Assembly: GCA_963705305.1 (NCBI GenBank)
Contig: OY970067.1
Coordinates: 4,544,001 to 4,608,000 of the forward strand
Length of the DNA: 64,000 nt
DNA from: an uncultured Methylomirabilota bacterium
GTDB taxonomy: Bacteria; Methylomirabilota; Methylomirabilia; Methylomirabilales; 2-02-FULL-66-22
Direction: 5' to 3'
Shown here: positions 29,203 to 38,681 of the stretch, in pieces
Layout: each line of letters begins with the position of its first letter
Position numbering within the stretch: the first letter of the stretch is position 1
Position numbers and translations under genes: made by a program
Notes under the pieces: generated by a model
What the model saw: the letters and a program-made list of their open reading frames with translations, nothing else
What the model was told of the DNA's origin: nothing
Database searches by the model: none

Positions 29203-30090
29203 GGGGTGATCTCCTCCCTCGTGCTGCGCGATCGAGCTAGCCGCCGCGTGAGCCCTTCCCCGTCCCCGGACCGGATGGCACCCTCCAGCCGATCCAGCGC
29301 CTGTCGGTAGGCAGCCAAGGCACGCAGCAGCGGACCCTGATTGAGCAGAAAGATGTCCCGCCACATATCGGGATCGCTTCCGGCCACCCGCGTGAAGTCC
29401 CGCAGGCCGCCGGCCGAGAATTTGATCCGCTCCCCTCCGGCCTCCAACTCCGCCAGGGCGTCCATCAGGCCGTACGCGACCAGATGGGGCAGGTGGCTTA
29501 CCGCGGCGAACACCTCGTCGTGCCAGGCGGACTCCATGGGAACCACGCTGGCTCCCGTTGCCCGGCACAGGGCGGCCACGCGCTCGAGTGCCTCGGGCCG
29601 GGTTCGCGGACTGGCGGTCAGGATCCAGTTCGCGCGCCGGAACAGATCCGCCCTGGCCGCCGCCGGCCCAGAGCGCTCCGCCCCGGCGATCGGGTGGCCG
29701 GCCACAAATCGCCCGTCGGGAAAGGCCGCGTCGCCCGCCTCGAGGATCGGGCCCTTCACGCTGCCGACGTCGGTGACGAGGGCCGTCGGATCCGCCATCC
29801 GGGCCACGGCGGGCAGCAGGCTCAGGATGGTCCCGACCGGAGTGGCCAGGACGATAAGGTCGGACCCCGCCACCGCGAACGCGAGAATCGTCGGTGGCCT
29901 CATCGACGAGCCCCAGGTCCCGCGCCGCCTCGCGTGTCGCCCGCGAGCGGGCGACCCCCACCACCCGCTCCACCCTGCCGGCTTGCCTGGCCGCCAGGGC
30001 CAGGCTGCCGCCGATCAGGCCGACCCCCACGACGGCCATCCGGCGGAACGGCGCCGGCGAGGAGCCGGGGCGAGCCGCGGACGCACTCAC
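29184..30090 (-). pseudogene. tyrA: Prephenate dehydrogenase with an apparent +1 frameshift at ~29886 (probably a sequencing error)
   Basis: VVGVGLIGGSLA in one frame; DLIVLATP, TDVGSVK, HPIAGAE, SHLPH and GGLRDFTR in another. Span is 906+1 nt. Confidence 0.9.
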
Positions 30091-30112
30091 CGTTCCCTCC
30101 CCAGGGCGATGA

Positions 30113-31249
30113 TCACGATCGCTCCCCTTGCCTTCCGGGCGGCAGGCGCTCCCCGCGCAGGACGGCCCGCAGGGCGGCCAGGCACCGTTCGATCTCCGGG
30201 GGAGTCCCGATGGTGATCCGGAGATGGGTGGGAAAGCCGGGGCCCGCGGTGCGCACGATCACGCCACGCCGGAGGAGGGCCTCAGCCACCGCCGGGGCGG
30301 GCCGCCCGACATCCACCAGCAGAAAGTTGGCCACGCTCGGCACCACCGCCAGGCCGAGGTCCCGGCACTGCTGTGCCAGAGCCGCCCGTCCCACTTCCGT
30401 CAGCTGCCGGCTGCTGGTCACGTGCGGCGTATCCCCCAGGGCCGCCACCGCCGCCACTTGGGCCAGGCTGTTGGTATTGAACGGCTCCCGGATCCGGTTG
30501 AGCAGGGCCACCAGGGGGGCCGGCCCGATGCCGTAGCCGATGCACAGCCCTGCCAGGCCGTAGACTTTTGAAAATGTCCGCAGAACCAAGACCAGGCGCC
30601 CTTCCCGCACGAATCGCAGGGCATCCGGCTGGCACGCCGGGGGCATGTACTCGTAGTACGCCTCGTCCAGCACGACCACAACGTCCGGCGGCACGGCAGC
30701 CAGAAACGACTCCAGGGCCTCCGGCCGGACGCAGGTGCCCGTCGGATTGTTCGGATTCGCCACGAACACGAGCTTCGTCCGCGGGGTGACAGCCGCCCGC
30801 ATGGACTCCAGGTCGTGGGTGAAATCCTTCAGTGGGACGACGATCTTGGTGGCCCCCGTCACCTGCGCCACCATGTCGTACACGATGAACGCCTGCGCCG
30901 CGTACACGGCCTCGTCACCGGGGCACAGGAAGCAGCGGCCGACCAGCTCCAGCAGCTCGTTGGAGCCGTTGCCCAGGATGATCTGATCCGCGGATACCTT
31001 CCAGTGGGCCGCCAGCGCATGCCGCAGGGCGTGGCCGCTGCCGTCCGGATAGCGGTGGATGGCGGGAAGTGCCTCCCGCATTGCCTTGAGCGCGGCCGGG
31101 GAGGGACCCAGTGGATTCTCGTTGGAGGCGAGCTTCACCGGATCGGAAATCCCGAACTCGCGTTCCACCTCTTCGATCGGCTTGCCGGGAGCGTAGGGGA
31201 TGAGGTTGTGGAGAAACGGCGAAGCGAGCTCTTCAAGGCGACGGGTCAA
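30113..31249 (-). CDS. hisC: Histidinol-phosphate aminotransferase
   Basis: YAPGKP, KLASNENP, NPNNPTG, DEAYYE, RTFSKVYGLAG. Confidence 0.96.
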   Translation of the reverse strand: MTRRLEELASPFLHNLIPYAPGKPIEEVEREFGISDPVKLASNENPLGPSPAALKAMREALPAIHRYPDGSGHALRHALAAHWKVSADQIILGNGSNELLELVGRCFLCPGDEAVYAAQAFIVYDMVAQVTGATKIVVPLKDFTHDLESMRAAVTPRTKLVFVANPNNPTGTCVRPEALESFLAAVPPDVVVVLDEAYYEYMPPACQPDALRFVREGRLVLVLRTFSKVYGLAGLCIGYGIGPAPLVALLNRIREPFNTNSLAQVAAVAALGDTPHVTSSRQLTEVGRAALAQQCRDLGLAVVPSVANFLLVDVGRPAPAVAEALLRRGVIVRTAGPGFPTHLRITIGTPPEIERCLAALRAVLRGERLPPGRQGERS

Positions 31250-31285
31250 GGTGTGCCCTCCGTGCGGCGCTGCCGGGGAAGCCTC

Positions 31286-32365
31286 TCAGGTCTCGGAGGA
31301 GCGGCGCCCCCTCGGATACGAGCCAAGGATCTTGAGGAAGACGCAGTCCTCCCGCAGGCAGTCCAGGGCCTCCTGCACCCGCGGCTCGTTGGCGTGGCCT
31401 TCGAAATCCACATAGAACACATACTCCCACACCTTCTTCTTGGATGGCCGAGACTCGATCTTGGTGAGGTTGATCCTGCGCTCCGCGAACGGCTGCAGCA
31501 TCCGATGCAGCGCGCCCACCCGATCCTTGATGGAAAACAGGACGGAGGTCTTGTCGCCCGCCGAGGGGGGCGCGGCCTTCTTCCCCACGACCAGGAAGCG
31601 GGTCAGGTTGTTGGGATGGTCCTCGATACGGCGCTGCAGCAGATTCAATCCGTAGAGGCCGGCCGCCACCTCGGACGCGATGGCGGCAGCCCCCGGCTCG
31701 GTCGCCGCGGTCTCGGCCGCGGCCCCCGTGCTGCCGGTCTCCACCTGGGGGATGTGCGCCGCGTTCGCCTCCAGCCACTTCCGGGATTCCGCCAACGCGT
31801 GGGGGTGGGAGTAGATCTTGCGGACTTCCGAGAGCCGGGCGACCCTGCTCAGCAGATGCAGCGCCGCCTCCACGATGACCTCGCCGCAGATCAGGAGCCC
31901 GGAGTCGACGAACATGTCCAGGGTATGGCTGACCACCCCTTCGGTGGAGTTTTCAACCGGGACGACCCCGAAGTCGGCATTGCCTTTCTCCACCTCCGCA
32001 AACACCTCGGCGATGCTGCGCATGGAGAGGAACTCAGCCGACAAACCGAATCGTTCCATGGCGGCCAGGTGCGCAAAGGTGGCGCGGGGGCCGAGGTAGG
32101 CCACCCGCAGCGGATGCTCCAGCGAGAGGCAGGCGGAGATGACCTCCCGGAAGACCCGCCGGACGGCCCCGGCAGGGAACGGCCCGGCATGCTCTGCCTC
32201 CAGCCGCGTGTAGATCTCCTCCTCGCGCTGGGGGACATGGTAGTCGAGGTTCTGTTCCGTCTTCAGCCGGCCCACCTCCAGGACCAGGGCCGCCCGACGG
32301 TTCAGCAGCTGCAGCAACTCGGAGTCAATGACATCAATCTGTGCGCGGAACTCTGGAATCTGCAT
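31286..32365 (-). CDS. pheA: Chorismate mutase/prephenate dehydratase (P-protein)
   Basis: AroQ domain, VAYLGP, PVENSTEG, NLTRF, KIESRPS, LGSYP. Confidence 0.97.
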   Translation of the reverse strand: MQIPEFRAQIDVIDSELLQLLNRRAALVLEVGRLKTEQNLDYHVPQREEEIYTRLEAEHAGPFPAGAVRRVFREVISACLSLEHPLRVAYLGPRATFAHLAAMERFGLSAEFLSMRSIAEVFAEVEKGNADFGVVPVENSTEGVVSHTLDMFVDSGLLICGEVIVEAALHLLSRVARLSEVRKIYSHPHALAESRKWLEANAAHIPQVETGSTGAAAETAATEPGAAAIASEVAAGLYGLNLLQRRIEDHPNNLTRFLVVGKKAAPPSAGDKTSVLFSIKDRVGALHRMLQPFAERRINLTKIESRPSKKKVWEYVFYVDFEGHANEPRVQEALDCLREDCVFLKILGSYPRGRRSSET

Positions 32366-32419
32366 CCGTGTCCTCGCCCGTGGCGTTCGCCGTGATGATA
32401 CCGGGGTGGCCCGGGGGGA

Positions 32420-33343
32420 TCAAGGCCTTTCTCTGCGGAGATTCTCTCGCAGCCGCTGGAGCGCCGCCTGTTCTGCGGGTGCTAGCGGGCGCCAGTGGCC
32501 GCGAGGCAGGGACCCCAGGGCCAGCGGCCCCACGGCGACCCGGACCAGCTTCAAGACCGGGTGGCCGATGGCGTCGCACATTCGCCGGACGTGGCGATAG
32601 CGCCCCTGCTCGATGGTAATGGCGACCCAGCTGTTCTGCCGGGTCGGGCTCAGAACCTCCACCCGGGTGGCCGCCAGGCGCTCCTCGTCGCACACGACTC
32701 CGTGCAGCAGCCGTGCAAGGCTTTCCGCGTCCGGATGCCCCTTCAGCTTGGCGTGGTAGACCTTCGGAACCCCATGGCGGGGATGGGTCAAGAGGTTGGC
32801 CAACTCGCCGTCGTTGGTGAGGAGGAGCAGACCTTCCGTGTCCCAATCCAGGCGACCGACCGGAAAGAGCCGCGGCAGGCCCGCCGGCGGCAGCAGCGAC
32901 AGCACCACCGGGCGGCCTTGAGGATCGGAGCGGGAGGTGATGTATCCGACGGGCTTGTGCAGGAGGATGGTCATAGGCGCTTCGGGCCGGACCGTCTCCC
33001 CGTCCACCTGGACGCGATCCACTCCCGGGACGATGCGGATGCCGGGCGTCCGCGCCGCCCGACCATTCACGTGGACGCGACCCGCCGCCATCAGCGCCTC
33101 GCACTGGCGGCGGGAAGCAATCCCCGCTCGCGCCAGAAACTTCTGCAGGCGCTCTCCCTGTTCTGGCGGCCGGCGGGAGCCCCCGCCGCCCGCCGCCGGG
33201 GGACCCGCCGCCATGGCGGGGCGGCGGGCGGCGCGGAGCGCGGACCTGCCGGCGCTCTGTCCCACCAGCGGTCTCCTTTCACCGCCCGCCGTCCGACGCC
33301 GGGCGGGCGACGAGGGGCGAGACCTACGGCGCGTCTCCGCCAT
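32420..33343 (-). CDS. rluB: rRNA pseudouridine synthase (RluB/RsuA family) with an Arg-rich N-terminal extension
   Basis: ERLQKFLARAGIASRR (S4 domain), VGRLDWDTEGLLLLTNDG. Confidence 0.92.
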   Translation of the reverse strand: MAETRRRSRPSSPARRRTAGGERRPLVGQSAGRSALRAARRPAMAAGPPAAGGGGSRRPPEQGERLQKFLARAGIASRRQCEALMAAGRVHVNGRAARTPGIRIVPGVDRVQVDGETVRPEAPMTILLHKPVGYITSRSDPQGRPVVLSLLPPAGLPRLFPVGRLDWDTEGLLLLTNDGELANLLTHPRHGVPKVYHAKLKGHPDAESLARLLHGVVCDEERLAATRVEVLSPTRQNSWVAITIEQGRYRHVRRMCDAIGHPVLKLVRVAVGPLALGSLPRGHWRPLAPAEQAALQRLRENLRRERP

Positions 33344-33971
33344 CCTCACCCTCGTGCGCGACGCCGGCCGGTGCCGGTGCGATACCCTCGGGGGTTCCGG
33401 GAGTCGCGGGCTCTTGGGCGGCCCCCGGTGCGCCCTCGGCCGATCCGACCAGCTCGTTGATCTCCCGCAGTGTGGGTAGATCCCCCAAATCCCGGAGGCC
33501 AAAGTGCTCAAGGAAGGCCGCACTCGTGCCGTACACGATGGGGCGCCCCGCCTCGGCCTTCCGTCCCAATATGCGGATCAGCTCCCGCTCCAGGAGCGTG
33601 TGGAGCACCCCGTCCACGGCCACACCGCGGATCGTCTCGATCTCCGCCTTGGTGATGGGTTGGCGATAGGCGATGATGGCCAGGGTCTCGACCGCAGGCC
33701 GGCTCAGCCGTGCCGGTCTGACTTGCTGCAGCTTTTGGACCCAGAGATGGACCTCGGGTCGCGTGGCCAGACAAAAGCCCCCCGCCACTTCCTGGACCAT
33801 AAGCCCCCGGCCCTCCGCCTCCATGGCCAAGGCCAGGGCGCGGACCGAGGCCTCCGTGGCCGCGCTGTCATCATCCCCCAGGACCTCCTGGAGTTTGGCC
33901 AGCGGCAGGGGGTCATCCGTGACAAAGAGAACGGCCTCCAGGGCAGCCAGTTGCTCGCGCTCCACGTTCAC
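33324..33971 (-). CDS. scpB: SMC-Scp complex subunit ScpB
   Basis: ETLAIIAYRQPITKAEIE, GRPIVYGT, FLEHFGL. Confidence 0.96.
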   Translation of the reverse strand: MNVEREQLAALEAVLFVTDDPLPLAKLQEVLGDDDSAATEASVRALALAMEAEGRGLMVQEVAGGFCLATRPEVHLWVQKLQQVRPARLSRPAVETLAIIAYRQPITKAEIETIRGVAVDGVLHTLLERELIRILGRKAEAGRPIVYGTSAAFLEHFGLRDLGDLPTLREINELVGSAEGAPGAAQEPATPGTPEGIAPAPAGVAHEGEDGGDAP

Positions 33972-34046
33972 CCGTCTCTCCTTGCGCTGCGGCAAGGCCG
34001 TGGGCCACCACGCCCGCCTGCGCGCCCAGCCCGGTCCGCGTACCGG

Positions 34047-34811
34047 CTACTCTTCCGCCCCCGCGACCGGAGCAGAGCCCCCGGCGAGATTCGCCTCGAC
34101 GCGCTCCATGGTGCGGTAGATCATGATGGGTCCGGTCGGTTCGGCCTGCCGGGCGGTGGCCAGACGCCGAGCCAAGAGCTCCAAGAGGGCCAGAAACGTC
34201 ACGATGATCTCCGCCCGCCGGGTCGCGCTGCCGAACAGGCGGTGGAACTCCAGAGGGCTCTCCTCGGCCAACCGGTCCAGCAGGAGAACCACCCGCTGCC
34301 CCACGTTGAGCTCCTCCGGCGAGATCTCCAGCGGACCGGGAATTTCCGCCCGCTTGAGGACATCCTGGAACGCCTTGATCAGTTCGAACAGCGAGATCTC
34401 CAGCGGCCCTTCCACTTCCAGGTCGATGGCCGGGCCGCTCCGCCGATGCAGCAGCTGCTGCTCGGCCTCCAGCACGCCGAGGGTCTGCGCGGCCTCCTTG
34501 TAGCGTTTGTACTCCAGGAGGCGGCTCACCAGTTCGGCGCGCGGGTCCGGCTCCTCGCCTGCCTCTTCCTCGCCCGTCTGGTCGGGGGGCAAGAGCATCT
34601 TGGATTTGATGTGGATCAAGGTGGCCGCCATGACCAGGAATTCCCCGGCCACGTCCAGGTCGAGGTCCTGCATGAGGGTCAGGTAGCGGAGGTACTCCTC
34701 GGTGATTTCCGCGATGGGAATGTCCAGAATGTCGAGCTGGCGCTCCCGGATCAGGTGGAGCAGGAGATCTAGGGGTCCCTCGAACATCTCGAGCTTGACC
34801 TGGTAGCTCAT
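34047..34811 (-). CDS. scpA: Segregation/condensation protein ScpA
   Basis: FEGPLDLLLHLI, EFLVMAATL.IKSKMLLP, TFLALLEL. Confidence 0.97.
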   Translation of the reverse strand: MSYQVKLEMFEGPLDLLLHLIRERQLDILDIPIAEITEEYLRYLTLMQDLDLDVAGEFLVMAATLIHIKSKMLLPPDQTGEEEAGEEPDPRAELVSRLLEYKRYKEAAQTLGVLEAEQQLLHRRSGPAIDLEVEGPLEISLFELIKAFQDVLKRAEIPGPLEISPEELNVGQRVVLLLDRLAEESPLEFHRLFGSATRRAEIIVTFLALLELLARRLATARQAEPTGPIMIYRTMERVEANLAGGSAPVAGAEE

Positions 34812-35296
34812 GGAGCCTCCCCCAACCGGAGCAGCGGCCGGATCCGCTCCCATCGCTTCGGTCCGATGCCGGGAACTTGGAGCAGCTCCTCGATGCGTCG
34901 GAAAGGCCCGTGCACCTCCCGATACGCCACCACCCGCCGCGCGAGACCCGGCCCCACCCCGGGCAGGCCTTGGAGCGCCGTGGCATCCGCCCGGTTGAGA
35001 TCCAATTGCGATCGGCGATGTTCCGGAGGCGTGAGCTTCGCCGCCCGCAGAGGAGCCTCCGCCCGACCGAGGCGATCTGCCGCCGGCCACGGTGGCCCCT
35101 CCGCGTCGAGCGGCCCGGCCCGCAGGGGCGGGGGGGGCGTGCGCGCCGCGTCCGTGAGAAACACAGCAGGATCCCCGCTGCTCCAGGATGCCGCTGTCCC
35201 GGCCGCCAGCAGGGCGGCCAGCAGGATCACCGCCGCCCCCGAACTGTCAAGACCCGCCGTCCGAGCAGCATCCCCGCCACTCGAATCTGCCCTCAC
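34808..35296 (-). CDS. ComEA-like helix-hairpin-helix DNA-binding protein
   Basis: N-terminal hydrophobic segment; LDLNRA...LPGVGPGLA...[18 protein letters not shown]. Confidence 0.88.
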   Translation of the reverse strand: MRADSSGGDAARTAGLDSSGAAVILLAALLAAGTAASWSSGDPAVFLTDAARTPPPPLRAGPLDAEGPPWPAADRLGRAEAPLRAAKLTPPEHRRSQLDLNRADATALQGLPGVGPGLARRVVAYREVHGPFRRIEELLQVPGIGPKRWERIRPLLRLGEAP

Positions 35297-36531
35297 GCCG
35301 GCTCCTCGGTCACCGCTTGGCCTCCCAGGCCGAAGGCCTCGTGCAGAATCCGGACCGCCAGCTCGCAGTACTTCAGCTCGATGACGCAGGAGACCTTGAT
35401 CTCCGAGGTGCTGATCATCATCAGGTTGATCTTCTCTTTGCCCAGGCTCTCGAACATCCGCGCCGCCACGCCGGAGTGGGTCCGCATGCCCACCCCCACG
35501 ATGGACACCTTTGCGATCTTGTCGTCTCCCAGCACCTTGTCCGCGCCCATCTCTTTGGCCACGGCCGACACGATCTCCATGGCCCGTGCGTAGTCCGCTT
35601 TGGGCACCGTGAAGGAGATGTCGGTGGTGCCGTCCTGGCTGACGTTCTGGACAATCATATCGACCACAATATTCGCCTCGGCAACGCGCCCGAACAGCGC
35701 AGCCGCAATCCCGGGGCGATCGGCCACCCGGGTCACGGTGATCTTGGCCTCCTGTTTGCTGTACGCGATTCCCGAGACCACCACCTTCTCCATATCCGTA
35801 TCCTCCTTCACCACGAGTGTCCCCGGATTGTCATTGAAGCTCGAGCGGACGTGCACGGGGACGCCGTAGTTCTTGGCGTATTCCACCGACCGCGTCTGCA
35901 GCACTTTGGCCCCCAGGCTGGCCATCTCCAGCATCTCGTCGTACGAGATCCGCTCCAACTTTCGGGCCTCGGGAACGATATTCGGGTCCGTGGTGTAGAC
36001 CCCATCCACGTCCGTGAAGATCTCGCACACATCGGCCGAAAGGGCCGCCGCCATCGCCACCGCGGTGAGGTCGGACCCGCCCCGACCCAGCGTCGTGATC
36101 TCGTCCTCGGCGCTGACCCCCTGAAACCCGGCCACAATCGCGATCTCGCCGTCGGCGAGCGCCTGCCGCACCCGGTCCGCGGCAATGCTCACGATTCTGG
36201 CCTTCGTGTGCACGTCGTCCGTCTGGATCCGAACCTGCCCCCCGGTGAAGCTGCGGGAACGGCGACCGAGGGCCTGAATCGCCAACGACAGGAGCCCGAT
36301 GCTCACCTGTTCCCCGGTGGCCAGGATCACGTCCAGCTCGCGCTCGTTGGGTCGCCCCGCCACCTGCTGGGCCAGCCCGATGAGCCGGTCCGTCTCCCCG
36401 GCCATGGCCGAAACAACGACTACGACCTGGTTGCCGGCCGCTTGAGCCTGCGTGACGCGCCGCGCCACATTCTTGATGCGCTCCACATCCCCGACGGATG
36501 TCCCACCATACTTTTGGACGATGAGTGCCAT
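35293..36531 (-). CDS. lysC: Aspartate kinase
   Basis: [22 protein letters not shown], two ACT domains (STSEIKVS). Confidence 0.98.
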   Translation of the reverse strand: MALIVQKYGGTSVGDVERIKNVARRVTQAQAAGNQVVVVVSAMAGETDRLIGLAQQVAGRPNERELDVILATGEQVSIGLLSLAIQALGRRSRSFTGGQVRIQTDDVHTKARIVSIAADRVRQALADGEIAIVAGFQGVSAEDEITTLGRGGSDLTAVAMAAALSADVCEIFTDVDGVYTTDPNIVPEARKLERISYDEMLEMASLGAKVLQTRSVEYAKNYGVPVHVRSSFNDNPGTLVVKEDTDMEKVVVSGIAYSKQEAKITVTRVADRPGIAAALFGRVAEANIVVDMIVQNVSQDGTTDISFTVPKADYARAMEIVSAVAKEMGADKVLGDDKIAKVSIVGVGMRTHSGVAARMFESLGKEKINLMMISTSEIKVSCVIELKYCELAVRILHEAFGLGGQAVTEEPA

Positions 36532-36598
36532 GTCACACCCCAATCAGCGGTTGACCGTGTCGTCGACCTTCCACTCGCCTGCGGTCGCCCTCCAGGCG

Positions 36599-37225
36599 TC
36601 AGGGCCTCCCAGCGGACGGCGGAGGCCCCGCAGGGATTCTTTCGCCAATCCTCCCCTCGGTCCCGCGCCACAGCCGCTGGATGTTCTCGCGATGCCGCAC
36701 CACAATCAAAAGCAGGAGGATCACCGCCAATCCGATCATCGCCGGACGCCCGTCCAACAGCCAGGCCAGGGGCGGCAGAGCGGCCGAGGCGGCCAGGGCG
36801 GCCAGAGACGAGTAGCGGCTCGCAGCCGCCACCGCGAGCCAGACGGCGACGAAGAGCCCCCCCACCGGGGGCATCGCGGCCAGGACGACTCCCAGTCCGG
36901 TCGCCACCCCTTTGCCGCCCCGGAATCCGGAGAAGACGGGAAACAGGTGTCCCAGGACCGCCGCCACGCCGATCGCCGCCAGGACGATCGCGGGCGCCCC
37001 CAACCACCGTCCTCCCCCGACCGCCAGGGCACCCTTCCCGACATCCCCCAGCAGCGTCAAGACCGCCGCCACCCTTCCCACCGCCCGCAGGACGTTGGTG
37101 GCGCCGATATTCCCGCTGCCCACGCGACGAACGTCCACCCCGCCGACGGCACGCGAGACCAGCACCCCGAATGGCAGGGACCCCAGGATGTACGCACCGG
37201 CCATCAACAGCAGATCCCCAAACAC
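36599..37225 (-). CDS. plsY: Glycerol-3-phosphate acyltransferase PlsY
   Basis: YILGSLPFG, GSGNIGATNVLR, FRGGKGVAT, RHRENIQRL. Confidence 0.97.
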   Translation of the reverse strand: MFGDLLLMAGAYILGSLPFGVLVSRAVGGVDVRRVGSGNIGATNVLRAVGRVAAVLTLLGDVGKGALAVGGGRWLGAPAIVLAAIGVAAVLGHLFPVFSGFRGGKGVATGLGVVLAAMPPVGGLFVAVWLAVAAASRYSSLAALAASAALPPLAWLLDGRPAMIGLAVILLLLIVVRHRENIQRLWRGTEGRIGERIPAGPPPSAGRP

Positions 37226-37292
37226 ACTGACTCCGTTCCGGGAGAGCGTGCCGACGCGCGGCAGCCGTCCTGCCCGATCCCCGCCCCTCCCT

Positions 37293-37826
37293 TCATCTGC
37301 CCAGATCGATGCAGCGCCAGAACTTTTGGAAGTAGAGCACGCCGGATATCACGGACAGCAGTGCAGCAACCCCCAGGGCCGCCTGTCCCAAGGGGACGAA
37401 CACCGGTGACCAGGACAGGATCAGCAAGGCCACGGCAATCACCTCTGCGATCATCGTGGCCTTGCCAAAGTCGCTGGCCTGGATGATGACGTTCTGCGAC
37501 GCGGCAATGCCCCGCAGTCCCGTGATCGCCAGGTCCCGCCCCACGATCAAGACCACCAGCCAGGCCGGGGCCCGACCCACCTGGACCAGGGAGATCAGGC
37601 TCGCGGAGATCAGCAGCTTGTCCGCAATGGGATCCAACAGCTTCCCGAGCGTCGTGACCTGGCGCGTGCTTCGCGCGATCCGACCGTCGAGCCAATCGGT
37701 GAGGACGGCCGCGAGAAACACCACTGCAGCCGTCAGGTTGTACGGCCGCGGCACGGCAATGAGGAACACGACCAGAACGGGAACCAGGAAGATCCGGACG
37801 AGACTCAAGGCATTGGGAAGGTTCAC
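37293..37826 (-). CDS. pgsA: CDP-diacylglycerol--glycerol-3-phosphate phosphatidyltransferase
   Basis: MNLPNAL, TDWLDGRIAR...LGKLLDPIADK, ITGLR. Confidence 0.93.
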   Translation of the reverse strand: MNLPNALSLVRIFLVPVLVVFLIAVPRPYNLTAAVVFLAAVLTDWLDGRIARSTRQVTTLGKLLDPIADKLLISASLISLVQVGRAPAWLVVLIVGRDLAITGLRGIAASQNVIIQASDFGKATMIAEVIAVALLILSWSPVFVPLGQAALGVAALLSVISGVLYFQKFWRCIDLGR

Positions 37827-37844
37827 GCCACCCTCGCGGCTCGC

Positions 37845-38660
37845 TTATCCCACCACGCCGAGATCCCGGACCACGTCCTTCAAGAGCTCGACATCCGGTT
37901 TTTCCCTCTTCCGCAGATACCCCTCGAGCAGCACATTGTCGCAAATGGTGTTAATCAGCCGGGGAATGCCCCGAGAATCCACGGCGATCTGATTCAAAAC
38001 CGGCTCCGAAAAGATCTCATGGGTGGCCCCGGCGACTTTGAGCCGATGACGGATGTAGGCTTTGGTGGAGTCCGGAGTGAGTGAGGTCAGGCGGCACTTC
38101 ACGGCGACGCGCTGCACCAGAGGGGGATCCAGCGCCAGATTCGTTTCCAGGTTGGGGAGACCGAACAGGATGAAGGTGATGAGCTTACTGCCGGGAACCT
38201 CCAAGTTCAGGAACCCTCGCAGCTCTTCCATCAGCCCTTGCTGCTGCAGCATGTTGGCCTCATCGATGAGAACCACCGCCTTCTTCCCGGCCTGATGCAG
38301 CTCCATGAGCCGCTGGTAGATCTGGGTGAGGATGGCGACTTTCTCTTCCACCGCGTGTTCCACACCGATCTGGGAAGCGATCCGGCGCAGAAGCCATTCC
38401 GCCGAAATCGACGAATGGATGATGACGAGCAGCGCAGACTCGTACTGCTCGTCCTCGAGGTGATCCAGCATGCGTCGGGCCAGGGTGGTCTTCCCGGTCC
38501 CCACATCCCCGATCACGACCGCCAACCCCTTCATGGTGTTGACGGCATGCATGAGTCGGGCCAGCACCTCCGCGTGCTGATCCACCTCGAAGAAGAAGCG
38601 CGCGTCTGGGGTGTTCGAAAACGGCTGCTCCCGAAGCTGGTAGAATTGTTCGTAGCTCAT
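37845..38660 (-). CDS. ExeA/GspA-family AAA ATPase (short form)
   Basis: QPFSNTPD, Walker A GDVGTGKT, Walker B LIDEAN, GIPRLINTICDN. Confidence 0.92.
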   Translation of the reverse strand: MSYEQFYQLREQPFSNTPDARFFFEVDQHAEVLARLMHAVNTMKGLAVVIGDVGTGKTTLARRMLDHLEDEQYESALLVIIHSSISAEWLLRRIASQIGVEHAVEEKVAILTQIYQRLMELHQAGKKAVVLIDEANMLQQQGLMEELRGFLNLEVPGSKLITFILFGLPNLETNLALDPPLVQRVAVKCRLTSLTPDSTKAYIRHRLKVAGATHEIFSEPVLNQIAVDSRGIPRLINTICDNVLLEGYLRKREKPDVELLKDVVRDLGVVG

Positions 38661-38681
38661 GGCGGTCCTATCGAGATGGCG

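Noticed and set aside
28051..30090. Apparent TyrA-HflX fusion protein
   Set aside because: Produced by the single-base insertion at ~29886; the middle section is out-of-frame tyrA.
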